Assembly: GCF_009914755.1 (NCBI RefSeq)
Contig: NC_060939.1
Reading direction: 5' to 3' (one strand)
DNA length: 64,000 nt
Source: the human T2T-CHM13v2.0 reference genome, Homo sapiens
Shown here: positions 26,461 through 41,289 of the stretch, piece by piece
Position numbering within the stretch: the stretch's first letter is position 1
Layout of the letters: each line of letters begins with the position of its first letter
The notes under the pieces: generated by a model
The model's database searches: none
Told to the model about the DNA's origin: nothing
Seen by the model: the letters and a program-made list of their open reading frames with translations, nothing else
Position numbers and translations under genes: made by a program

Positions 26461-27277
26461 AGCACAGAAGGACAGGGGGCCTGGGGGTTGAGGAGAGCCC
26501 ATCTTCCTGCTGCCCTGAGGGCCTGACCTGAGACCCTGAGGAGAACGGGCTGGGGAAAACCAAATCCTGAGCTGCACTAGGGTTAGATACAGTGTGGACT
26601 TGGCCTCTGCACACCCTGAGCCTGAGTTAGGACAGCAGCTGTGAAATGAATGGGATTCAAGATGGGGTCTGATAAATCACATTTATATCCTCTTCTTCCA
26701 TTCAACTAATGGATCAGTGTTTTTAAAAGTCTAAGCCACATAACAAAGAGGGCAGAAGGAAGTCGTTAGCAGATGAATGATTTCATCTGGAAGATGAAGA
26801 GGATTTAGAGATCTATGGGATAGATTCGAGGGCACAAGGCCAGAACATACGAAGAGGGTCTGGAGCCCGGGGGCGGGGGTGGCTGACCCGTCCGTCTGTG
26901 AGAACCTCAGGGAGCCTCCAGGCTCCAGTGCAGTGCAGGTATCACAGAGGGCAGAGTGGAAATGGGACTGGAACAGGTAGAATAAATGAAGATCCAGCAT
27001 GGACAATTAATGCCCCTCCCCCCAAATCATGGATGCAGCCAGTCACTTACCCCAAAGAAAAAAATCAGAGATTCTCTCCAAAGAGAGTTGTGTACACTGC
27101 CTGGTGAGAGTGGGTGCTGCTAGTGTAGTTGTCGGTCCTCTGGAGGAAGCCTCCCTACCGTGGCATTTAAAGGTCCACCAGTGTAATGACTAGCTCCCAC
27201 TCTAAGCTCTCCCCACATGCACATAACCACCATCAGCCTGTCCATAAAACTCCTTTAGATACGAAAGGAGAGAACGC

Positions 27278-28589
27278 CTATTTAATAAACGGTTCTGGGA
27301 AAACTGGCTAGCCATATGTACAAAGCTGAAACTGGATCCCTTCCTTATACCTTGTACAAAAATTAATTCAAGATGGATTAAAGACTTAAATGTTAGACCT
27401 AAAACCATAAAAAGCCTAGAAGAAAACCTAGGCAATACCATTCAGGACATAGGCATGGGCAAGGACTTCATGACTAAAACACCAAAAGCAATGGCAACAA
27501 AAGCCAAAATAGGCAAATGGGATCTAATTAAACTAAAGAGCTTCTGCACAGCAAAAGAAACTACCGTCAGAGTGAACAGGTAACCTACAGAATGGGAGAA
27601 AATTTTTGCAATCTACCCATCTGACAAAGGGCTAATATTCCAGAATCTACAAATAAATAAATTTACAAGAAAAAAAATCAAACAACCCCATCAAAAAGCG
27701 GGCGAAGGATATGAACAGACACTTCTCAAAAGAAGACATTTATGCAGCCAACAGACACATGAAAAAATGCTCATCATCACTGGCCATCAGAGAAATGCAA
27801 ATCAAAACCACAATGACACACCATCTCACACCAGTTAGAATGGCCATCATTAAAAAGTCAGGAAACAACAGGTGCTGGAGAGGATGTGGAGAAATAGGAA
27901 CGCTTGTACACTGTTGGTGGGACTGTAAACTAGTTCAACCATTGTGGAAGACAGTGTGGTGATTCCTCAAGGATCTAGAACTAGAAATACCATTTGACCC
28001 AGCGATCTCATTACTGAGTATATACCCAAAGCATTATAAATCATGCTGCTATAAAGACACATGCACACATATGTTTATTGCGACACTATTCACAATAGCA
28101 AAGACTTGGAACCAACCCAAATGTCCAACAATGATAGACTGGATTAAGAAAATGTGGCACATATATACCATGGAATACTATAAAAAAGGCAGCAATAAAA
28201 AAGGATAAGTTCATGTCCTTTGTAGGGACATGGATGAAGCTGGAAACCATCATTCTGAGCAAACTATCTCAAGGACAGAAAACCAAACACCACATGTTCT
28301 CACTCATAGATGGGAATTGAACAATGAGAACACTTGGACACAGGGTGGGGAACATCACACACCGGGGCCTGTCATGGGGTGGGGGGAGGGGGAGGGATAA
28401 CATTAGGAGATATACCTAATGTAAATGACGAGTTAATAGGTGCAGCACACCAACGTGGCACATGTATACATATGTAACAACCCTGCAAGGTAATGGGTAC
28501 AGCATACCAACATGGCACATGTGTACATATGTAACAAACCTGCATGTTGTGCACATGTACCCTAGAACTTAAAGCATAAAAAAAAAAAT
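27278..28589 (+). mobile_element. L1PA (about PA4-PA6) 3' 1.3 kb: ORF2 C-terminus and 3'UTR
   Basis: ORF 27711-27962 ([19 protein letters not shown]...[26 protein letters not shown]) is the L1 ORF2p Cys-rich region; L1PA 3'UTR and poly(A); no TSD. Confidence 0.97.
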
Positions 28590-28919
28590 GTATCCTTATC
28601 CTGTTGCCATTTTGAAGCTGCATTTGCTTGTCCAACACTGGCTTTCAGTTTAAAAGAAGTGTACCTAAAAAGTTAACAAAACAAATGCTATACTTATGAC
28701 AGTGCCTATGCTGTACTGAGAATGGTTAGGTGCTGTCGCATTTTACAGAAAAGATGTACTGATTTAGTTCAATACTGACTAACAAATCTAACCTTTTATT
28801 TATAAGATATTCTTCAGGACAGCATCAACACATGTAATAAGTAAAAGATCATATATGGATCATTTCACTTTTGATCCAGTCAAATATAAACAAAACTTAA
28901 CCATTTTTATCACAGAATC

Positions 28920-29462
28920 AGTAATAGCTACCATTTGCTTTGTGTCTTCTATATGCCAAGCCTAACAATGGGCACCTTTGCCTAAATTAGTTTATTTTCT
29001 CCCTTTTACCAACCGCGTGAAATAGACATATCTTCATCATTTTACGTATGAGAAAACTGCAGCACTGACAAGTAGAAGAATCTACCTGAGTGCATTCTTT
29101 TTTTTTTTAATTTTAATTTTTTTTTTTGAGATGGAGTCTCGCTCTGTCACCCAGGCTGGAGTGCAGTGGTGTGATCTCGGCTCACTGCAAGCTCCGCCTC
29201 CTGGGTTCACGCCATTCTCCTGCCTCTTGAGTAGCTGGGACTACAGGCGTCCGCCACCACGCCTGGCTAATTTTTTGTATTTTTAATAGAGACAGGGTTT
29301 CACTGTGTTAGCCAGGATGGTCTCCATCTCCTGACCGCGTGATCCACCTGCCTCGGCCTCCCAAAGTGCTGGGATTACAGGCATGAGCCACCGCATCCGG
29401 CGTGAGTGCATTCTTAAGTTTAAAATCTGTAGGTTAAAATTAATTCTACCTATTTCCAAAAC
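28920..29462 (-). mobile_element. Diverged MIR-like element split by AluY
   Basis: taatagctaccatttg...tatgccaag...cattttacgtatgagaaaactgcagc. Confidence 0.55.
29100..29402 (-). mobile_element. AluY
   Basis: gcaagctccgcctcctgggttcacgccattc, gttagccaggatggtctc; TSD tgagtgcattctt (29087-29099, 29403-29415). Confidence 0.95.
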
Positions 29463-29747
29463 TTGTGACTTTTAATCTCGGCAACCTCACCTCAATAATC
29501 TACTATAAAGAATAAGCTTCCACTGTTCTTCACCTCTTCTTTAAGTGAAGGTTCCATCAAAGAAATACCTTGGAAGCTGAACATTTAAAACTTTATTATA
29601 CTCTGAGCTAGTCCTGATGAAAAAGAACGAGACCATCACTACTTTAGATATTTTTTCTCAAAACATATTAAAATATGACTTGTTGAAGGATAATATATTT
29701 TAGTTAAACAATTGCCACTTAATTCACAGACTACATATTTTTTTTAC

Positions 29748-29880
29748 CTACTGAATGCATTTTGTTTTTCGTCTGATGTGTTAGAATTTCTTTTGAAATG
29801 CTGAAGCTCTGTAGGCTGTTGCTCAGGCATTCCTGGTCTTTCTGTGTCTTTGGTTGCCATCCAGTGGCAGCAGCCATATA
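29748..29880 (-). other. Candidate exon (133 nt)
   Basis: Acceptor tttctcttttctgttactcaactgcag| and donor TAG|gtaaaa (or TCA|gtaggt). Confidence 0.25.
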
Positions 29881-29959
29881 CTGCAGTTGAGTAACAGAAA
29901 AGAGAAACCCTCTACTTTCCAAGATGACTGTGTTTTTTCATTCAAAAGTGAACAATACG

Positions 29960-30336
29960 TGTATTAGTCCATTTTCACACTGCTATAAAGAAATACCCGA
30001 GACTGGGCCATTTATAAAGGAAAGAGGTTTAATTGACTCACAGTTCTGCATGTCTGGGGAGGCTTTAAGAAACTTACAATCATGGCAGAAGGCAAAAGGG
30101 AAGCAAGGACCTTCTTCGCATGGCGTCAGGAATGAGAGGGAAGAGCGGGGGAGACCGCTACTTATAAAACCATCAGATCCCATGAGAACTCACCCACTAT
30201 CGCGAGAACAGCCTGAGGGAACACTATCAGGAGAACCCCCATGATCCAATCACCTCCCATCAGGTCCCTCCTCTGACACGTGGGGATTACAATTGGAGAT
30301 GAGATTTGGACAGGGACACAGAGCCAAACCAAATCA
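29960..30336 (-). mobile_element. MaLR solo LTR (MSTA/THE1-like)
   Basis: tgtattagtccattttcacactgctataaag...gaggtttaattgactcacagttc...gacacagagccaaaccaaatca. Confidence 0.93.
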
Positions 30337-30838
30337 GTAGGTATTAATTTTGTGTACCTAATTTATGAAACTTTTAGCCCAAAATTAGTTCAGTATTTTC
30401 CCTTTTGCCAACCCTATGAAGTAAGTGTGTTTTCCTCATTTTATGTGAGAAAACTGCAGCACAGATAAGTAAAAGAATCTACTCTAGTTTCTATAATTAT
30501 TAAGTTTCAGGGTTATGGGTTAAAATTAATTCTGTTTATTTCCAAAACAGATGCCTTTCTTAAGGAAAGCATCACACAGATAAAATAAATAAAAGGTAAT
30601 ATGTCTTATGTTTCTTTCAAGAAAAATGAAAGTTTTTTTCTAACATTTATTGTTTGTGACATTGATTTTGAAAAAAAAACTTGAATTATAAACATAATAC
30701 AATTTGAAGACAAAATTTAAAGATAATATGAAATTATATGCACTTGAAGTAAAACTTTTGTCCCCACTGAGTCCAATGAAGATACACACGTATCTATATA
30801 CTGACAAAAGACAGTTCTGCCTACATTTAAAAAAACAG

Positions 30839-31155
30839 TTTTTATTTTTATTTTATTTCTTTATTTATTCATTTTGAGATGGAGTCTCACTCTGTGGCTC
30901 AGGCCGAAGTGCAGTGGTGCGATCTTGGCTCACTGCACCTTCCTTCTCCTGGGTTCAAGTGATTCTCATGCCTCAGCCTCCTGAGTCATAGGCACATGCC
31001 ACCACACCCGGCTAATTTTTGTATTTTTTTTCCTTTAGTAGAGATGGGGTTTCACCATATTGGTGAGATTGGTCTCGAACTCCTGACCTCAAGTGATCCA
31101 CCTGCCACGGCCTCACAAAGTGCTGGGATTATAGGTGTGAGCTACCGTGCTTGAC
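30839..31155 (-). mobile_element. AluS
   Basis: Antisense Alu with T-rich tail; cctgacctcaagtgatcc. Confidence 0.92.
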
Positions 31156-31632
31156 TATTTTTTGTCAGAAAGTATATAACCAACATTTTCCCCTTCAAAA
31201 ACTCATTAAAGTAGTTGTGTTAAAAGTTCTGCTGAAGTCAATAATTAGCACATCTGTATATCAGTGATTAATGCCATCAAATCAAATGCTAGCTTTCCCA
31301 CATTTTTCTCAAATATGATTTCTTACCAATGGCGGGGTGTGGGGTTAATATAAAGGTCCTAAAAGAGAATTTACAATCATAAATGTATTTAGATAATGTC
31401 TTCCCAGATGGACAAGTTGTAGTCTGTAGTGTGGATAAAATTTTTAGGAAGTACTTTAAAGCAGAGGCATATTAGAAACTATGAGACATATTAAATCAGA
31501 GACAGATTAGAAACTCTGTGAACAGAGGTGAGAAACATGTACTGCCATAAAAGAAAATGAGGTTTATTTAAGCCACTAAAAGTAAGGATATAAAATGGAC
31601 AATCCTGATAGTTAAAAAGTTTAGTGTTCATC

Positions 31633-31805
31633 CACCGGGGCCTGTCGTGGGGTGAGGGGATGGGGGAGGGATAGCATTAGGAGAAATACCTAATGTAAAT
31701 GACGAGTTAATAGGTGCAGCTAACCAACATGGCACATGTATACATATGTAACAAATCTGCACGTTGTGCACATGTACCCTAGAACTTAAAGTATATATAA
31801 AAAAT
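31633..31805 (+). mobile_element. Short 5'-truncated L1PA (3'UTR only) with 15-bp TSD
   Basis: ggagaaatacctaatgtaaatgacgag...ccctagaacttaaagtat; TSD agtttagtgttcatc at 31618-31632 and 31806-31820. Confidence 0.95.
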
Positions 31806-32509
31806 AGTTTAGTGTTCATCTATTCAAAATATAGTATAATTTTATTTGAGATTGTCTTTTTTAAGTTTGAAGATTAAAAAAATTGGTATCAAAAGAATTA
31901 TTTGAAAAATATTCTTCATCTGAGTAAAAAGTCCTGTGTCTCTGGGTAGATATTAATTTTATTCCAGTCGATTTAACAAGTTGTAAACTGGGGAGTGGGA
32001 GGAATAAAGCAGGAAAAAGTCATCCCACTTAAAATTACCTATTTGATTAGGATGTCAGAGAGTAGCTGATTCACTATGCTATGGTTATAGCCATATATGA
32101 TTTTTAGTTTAATTTTTGAATTCAAAGGTTGGCAATAACCAGATCAGAAAATGTATCGTATGTTGCCGAACATTCGGAAGTTGCTTTCACCTCACACTGC
32201 TCTACCGAAACTTCTTTGTTTAATGTCACCAGTGACCTCTGCATTGCTAAGCCCAGTGGTGGTTACTTGAGTATCTTTTTATTTGGCCTAGCAGCAGCAT
32301 TTGACACTTTTTATTTCTCCCTGTTGTTTGGTACATTTCTTCTCGTGGCTGCACGGATTCCACATTCTCTTGGTTGTGATTCTTTCTCACTGGTCATCTT
32401 TCCTAACCTCCATTGTTAATTTCTCCCCTTCTCTCCGCCATCTTTAATATTGGTACACCTGAGGGCCCAGGCTCTGGTTCCGTTCTCTTCTCTTAGAAAC
32501 CCTTTGAAG

Positions 32510-32737
32510 CAGGCTTTCTAAACCATGGCTCTGCTGACATTTTGGGTCAGACAATTCTTTATATGTGGGGCTATCCTGTGCATTGTAGGATGTTCAGCAG
32601 CATCCCTGGTCTCTAATAGCCTCTACCTATTAGATGCCACTAGTAATTCATTCCCCAACTGTGACAACCAAAAATGTCTTCAGACATTGCCAGCTGTACC
32701 CTGGGGAGAAATAATTGCCTTCAGCTGAAAACCACTG
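32510..32737 (-). mobile_element. MER20
   Basis: cctgtgcattgtaggatgttcagcagcatccctgg...tgtgacaaccaaaaatgtct..cagacattgcca...aaccactg. Confidence 0.9.
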
Positions 32738-33360
32738 ACGTACTCTTTGCAATCTTGAGGATATCATTCAGACTTATGCCTTTAAATACATCAATATGAT
32801 ATTGATTAACATATTTATTTTATGAACCCAGTCTTTCACAAATTTCAGGCTTGTATATCCAACTGCTTACTTGGCATATTCAGCTCAATGTCTATAAATA
32901 TCTGAAACTTCAGATGTTCAAAACAAAACTGATCTTCTCTCCTAAACCCTTGATCTCAGTCATTAACACATTTTTATGCTAATTCCAGCTTTCTGTTCCC
33001 CAGACTCAAAATCTTGTCTTCAATCTTGACTTTTCACCTTATCCACATTCCACATTAATCTGCATTCAGCCCATCTGCACAGATCTTCTAAATACATTCA
33101 AAATGCAGCCATCTTTCACCCGGGTGTGGTACACTATCATCTCCCTCTGGGATTTCTGAATCTTTTGCTGAGATTCCATCGTTAATTCCAACCGCTCTCC
33201 CTACTTCCACCCTTGCTTCTCTGCTCCTCCCCCTGCCCTGCATAATCTGTTCCTAACAAAGCGGAAATCTGTTTCAGGTCCATCACCCTCTGCTACAATG
33301 ATTCAAAGTCATTTTCTTCCTGCCTGCCTGCCTGCCTGCCTTCCTTTCTTCCTTTCCTGA

Positions 33361-33738
<378 letters not shown>

Positions 33739-34081
33739 CCAAAGTTTTTGTATTTCTCAGAATGAACTTGAAAGCCTTAGGATGGCCTAATAAGTCCTGC
33801 AGTACTTAGTTCCCAGTGACCTCTCTGAGCTTCCCTCCTGCTCTCCCTTCCTTACTCGCTTTGCTTTTTTGCTACCTGTACATCTTTTTGAGAGTGCCTA
33901 TTTGATTTTTTAATGAGGTTTTTATTGATTATTGAAAGGTTTTTATATACATTAAATATGTGTTTAAAAAACCATTTCTCTAGGTTTGTGGCTTGTCTTT
34001 TCACTTTGTGTATGTGTTGTGTTTTTCATATCGTGATTAAGAATTTTTACCATACCAATGATCATAAATATTTCTCCTATA

Positions 34082-34343
<262 letters not shown>

Positions 34344-34406
34344 TAATATTTATGTGAAAAATCCCTTTCAAATTATGTGTTATATACAATGCGAATTAAG
34401 GATTGA

Positions 34407-34782
<376 letters not shown>

Positions 34783-36043
34783 AATATTGGGTCTTTCAAT
34801 CTATAAATGCTTCTCCATTTACTAGGGTTTTCATCATTCTTTCTTAGCAATGTTTTGAAGTTTTCAGTCCTCAGGTCTGGCACATCTTTTGTTACATTTA
34901 TCCATAAGTGTTTCTCTTTTTTTTTTTTTGAGGCTATTGCAAATGGTACAATTACTTTTATTTCAATTTCCAATGTTCATTAGTAGTGTATAGAAATATG
35001 ACTAATGTGTTTATGTTGATCCTACAAAATTGCTAAAGTTTCTAATTAGTTTTAATGTCTCCTTTTTAGATTCTATAGGATTTTCTATGTAGACAATCAT
35101 ATTGTTTGTAAATACAGTTTTGCATTTGCTGTCTACTCTGAATAGCATTTATTAATTTTTCTTGTTATTTTGAACTATTTAGAACATCAACTAAATGTTG
35201 AATAGAAGTGTTTAGAGTTGACATTTTTGTCTGACTTTTGATTTTAAGGGGAAATCATTTAGTTTTTAATCTCTAGCTGCAATGTCATATATGTGGTCTC
35301 ATATGAGCCTTTTATGAGATTCTTAGTCTGCTTAGAGTTTTTATTATGAATAGATTTGGGATTTTTTCAAATGCTTTCTCTGTATCTGAGGTGATCATAT
35401 GTTTTTAAAATTTGTTAATATGATGAATTACATTGATTGGTTTATGAATGAACCAACTTTGCATTCCTAGGATAAATGCCACTTGATTTTGATGTCAACA
35501 TTTAAATAATATACTCAGCGCTAAAGAAAGTAGGGGGAGAAATAAGTTCTCCAACACTGCTGATTGGGATGTAAAGAGGCAAGACATTTTTGTAAGACAG
35601 TTTTGCCTATGTATCAAATGGCTTACACATATTGGCATCATCTCATCCAGCAATTCTGTTTCAAGAAATTGTAAGGGGAAAAATCAACTGTGAATAAATA
35701 TTTATAAACATGTATATTTATGTAGAATTTTGGAAAACAGAGATGTAATTTTTCAATAACAGAAGAGGGCTTAAATAAGTGACAGAGAAATGTTATTAAC
35801 ATTCTATCATTTTGTAATGATAAATTAAATGTAAATTAAATGACAGTACTTACATTTAAAATCACATGTATAATATGATCCTCTTTATATAATAAGCATG
35901 CATATATTTATGCATAAAAGGAACACTGAAGAATTTACCAGCTAATTTTAACCATTTTTATCTCCTGAGGGTGAGAGCTTTTTTTTAAAGCTATAATTTC
36001 TAATCTGTATTTGTACGTTTCAATTCTTTCCAATAAAAATGCA

Positions 36044-36417
36044 TGCCTTAGACTACTTGGCCTGCTATAACAAAGTATCATTGACTGGGTGACTTAAAAC
36101 AACAAATGTTTATTTCTCACAGTTTTGGAAGCAGGGCAGTCCAAGAACAGGGTGCTGACATGTTTAGTCTGTAGTGAGGGCCTTCTTCCTGGTTTGCAGA
36201 AGGCTGCCTTCTTGCCGTATCCTAACATGGGCACGACAGATTGATGTCTAATTTCTTCCTCTTTTTATAAGGACATTAATCCCATCACGAGGGACACACT
36301 CTCATGACCTAATCTAACCCTAATTACTTCCCTAAGTCCTCCTTTAAGTCCATCAGTTTGGGGATTAGGGCTTCAACAAATGAATATTGGGGAGACATAA
36401 ACATTCAAACTGTAGCA
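36044..36417 (-). mobile_element. MLT1A-type solo LTR with 5-bp TSD atgca
   Basis: ctgctataacaaagta..atttctcacagtt..ggaag...gggcttcaaca..tgaat...acattca; TG...CA termini. Confidence 0.9.
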
Positions 36418-36880
36418 ATGCATTTTTTTTTGCATTGGGAAAAAAATAAACAGAAAAAAATAGTTTTTCAATGTAGCTAATTTGGATCAATTCATCTCCC
36501 ATTTTGGTAACTGTTTTGCTGCATAATCCTTGATGGGGAATCCAGAATTATCCTATAACTTTACTTTACATTATTTTGCTACTTGCTAAAAACAGTGATA
36601 TACATACACTATTATTCAAAAGATATCATTTTTGAGGTCTTTCTGGATTTTTAAAATTTGTTATAACTAAGAGAGGAAAATTTCTGAGAAAATGTTATTG
36701 AAGATCAAGAAATTGTGAAGTGTGTAGGTAGAAGTGGCTGGGCCTTGTTTATTAGGTTTCAGAATATTGCACCAGTGGTAACACTTAAATATTCAAAACA
36801 ATGCATTTGGGGGCAATAAAAGGAAACTTTGTGTTACACAGTGTGTTGTTAACTTTTAAATATTAATAGCTTTTATTCTA

Positions 36881-37243
<363 letters not shown>

Positions 37244-37683
37244 TTATGGATAATTAATTTATAAAGGTTAATAAGAAAAGTTAATATGTTTAAGAGCAAT
37301 TTAATGCTTTCCAATTTATCAAATTAGAACTGTACATTTACTCAAAAAGCCCTTTGATAACATCATAAAAAATAATATTGGTCTGGCTGCTCAATAGGTC
37401 TGATCTTAAATAGTATTTATAATGTATCAAGGTGAGGCAGAAAATGAAAACAATTTTTCCAGATAATTGGAACTAAAAACACACAGTTATTTAGCATTAA
37501 TTTTTTCTATTGTGAGAATTTTGGAAAGGAATAAAATCTTTTTTTCCCCCCTGCTAAACTTAGCTTTATTCCCTAAGAAATACAGAAAACACTAGCAAAA
37601 CATTGAGGTAAAAATACATGCTGACTTTCCACTATACAAACAATGTAAAGGGCTTTCAATTTTTAATAAAAATTATGTGTACC

Positions 37684-38132
37684 TGTTTTAGTTCATTTGT
37701 GTTGCTATAACAGAATACTTGAGACTGGGTAATTTATAAACAAAAGAGGTGTATTTGGCTCACTATCCTATAGTGAGATAGGATAGTGAGTTCCTACCAT
37801 AGGCTGGGAAGTTTAAGCTTGGGCAGCTGCATCTGGTAGCTTCTAGTAAGGGCCTCATGCTGAGTCAAAGGAAACACAGCGGAGTAATAGAAGGGGAGCT
37901 AGGCGCTTTCACAAAAGGGCAAAACACACAAGACGCAAACTCACTTTATAACAACCTATTTTTGGGGAACTAATCTATTCCTGCTAAATTAAACCAGTCT
38001 CCAGAAAAAGGTATTAATTCCTCTTAAAGACTTAATCACTTCTTAAAGGCACCACCTCCCAACATTTGCCACATTGGGGGCCAAGCCTCAATGTGAGTTG
38101 TGGTGAGGACAAACCATATTCAAACCATAGCA
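37684..38132 (-). mobile_element. MaLR LTR (MSTC/MSTD-like)
   Basis: gttgctataacagaatacttgagactgggtaatttataaa...taatcacttcttaaaggc..cacctccc...caaaccatagca. Confidence 0.85.
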
Positions 38133-38159
38133 GTAATATTAGACAAGGTTATTCAATCA

Positions 38160-38161
<2 letters not shown>

Positions 38162-38216
<55 letters not shown>

Positions 38217-38410
38217 TACACACACACACATATACATATATGTATATGTATATATGTGTATATGTGTATACATGTGTGTATACACAAACACATATATATA
38301 CACATATACACATATATACACACATATATACGTATATATATACACACATATATACGTATATATATACACACATATATATACGTATATGTATACACATATA
38401 TATGTATATA
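38162..38410. repeat. Compound (TA)n/(CA)n/(TG)n low-complexity array
   Basis: About 20 TA units followed by alternating purine-pyrimidine variants including three ~22-bp tatatatacacacatatatacg units. Confidence 0.95.
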
Positions 38411-38699
38411 TTGTTGTTGTTGTTTGTTTGTTTGTTTGTTTTGAGACAGAGTCTTACCTTGTTGCCCAGGCTGGAATACAGTGGCGCAATCTCGGGTCAC
38501 TGCAATCCCCACCTCCCAGGTTCAAGCGATTCTCGTGCCTCAGCCAGGCACCACCACGCCCGGCTAATTTTTATTTTTATTTTTTTTAGCAGAGATGGGG
38601 TTTCGCCATGTTGGCCAGGCTGGTCTCGAACTCAGGTGATCCGCCCACCTCAGCCTCCCAAAGTGTTGGGATTACAGGCGTCAGCCACTGTGCCCAGCC
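38411..38699 (-). mobile_element. AluS with (TTG)/(TTTG) tail and internal deletions
   Basis: Antisense Alu body. Confidence 0.9.
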
Positions 38700-39259
38700 C
38701 AAAGTCAGTATACTTTTATCGAAAGAACTTTACATATTGTGATTCTTTCCACTGACTGTGAAGGTCACCTTAGTTCCTCAAAAGCTTGAGTCATGATTTA
38801 TCTTCAAGGTAGCCCACAATTCTTTTATTTGGTCTTCATTGATCTCCATTTGAATATGGACATATTGATGACAACCTCAAAAGTTCCCCAACTAGAAATC
38901 TTTGGTATCTAATTTTTTTTCTTGAAATTTATTTTAGGATCTGTTTTTTAGTGTCAGAGTAGATAGATCTGCCTGGTTCTTGATTTCAGGACCCTAAGAC
39001 TCTTAAGAGTCACCTCAAAATGAATGACTTCCAGTCACATTTATTCCTAAGGTGTCATACTCAACAATAGGACAGATGTGTCAGATATGCCAGTACTTAC
39101 AGTAAAAATAAAAATTATTATTAGGCCACTTGTGCTTCTAGCACTCTATGTTGTAATTCCTTTCCACAGTTCTAACAAAAAGCTCTGTGAATAAAGCAAA
39201 ACCACAGAGTTACTCTAAAGGTGTTTCCTGTGATGGACATTTAAAATGATTTATTTACT

Positions 39260-40512
<1,253 letters not shown>

Positions 40513-41289
40513 AAGCATAAACTCTTAAAACTTTGTCTCAGAATAGTGTTTTAGATATAAGTTAGTGATGCTTTTCTTGCATATTCACATTTTTCATTCA
40601 TTTACTTATCATTAGCTCTTGCATTCAGACATTTATTCATGCAGGCATGTTTATGTTTCTACTACATGCTACACCTTCTTCTAGTTGCTGAAGATACGGC
40701 TTTGAACAAAACAAACAATGCTCCTACCCTCATGAGCTATATTCTAGCTTATGTTAGTGGTATAATGTTAGTAATGATTTCTATGGTGTAAATCAGGACT
40801 TTAAATTTTCTAAGATATGTTCAGAACATTTATTATTTCTTTCATAATCAAATGAAAAGCATCTAATACAGTCTGATAAACTGAGAACTTGTAATTACTT
40901 CTCCTCAACCTAAATATTTAATGTATATTGTAAATGTAGTAGAATAGCCTCTTTGTGGTAGCAAGCTAGTTTTTGGATTCTTGAAATACAAATATATGTT
41001 AATGTATTCTAAGTAGCTATTCATTTCTTTTTTACACATTTCCTGTGATGAATGGCTGTGCTAACAACATAATCTGAGCTAACTTTGTCTGAAATGCTGA
41101 TATCCTCCATACCCGTGTTTCTCCTCATTTTTTGGTGCTTACATGACCTCAGAAAACTTTATGTAAATGAAAGTGTCTTTGATAAATTTTAGAAAGAAGT
41201 GACATTCTTTTAGCCAGACTTTACAGAGACTGGATTATTGTTTTCTATCCTCACAGTGTCAAACACAAGGTACTCACTTGTTGGCTGAT

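Noticed and set aside
24435-26531. Long overlapping ORFs (199-354 aa) on both strands of the CpG island
   Set aside because: Stop-codon scarcity in very GC-rich DNA; Pro/Arg/Gly/Ala-rich with no domain, and several start at non-ATG codons. Only the spliced sub-portion is kept as a hypothesis.
27711-27962. ORF with Cys/His motif, and the similar ORF at 45916-46239
   Set aside because: L1 ORF2p C-terminal fragments in truncated, disrupted elements, not host genes.
38066-38755. YIYI/HTHT ORFs up to 229 aa
   Set aside because: Translations of dinucleotide repeats and an Alu.
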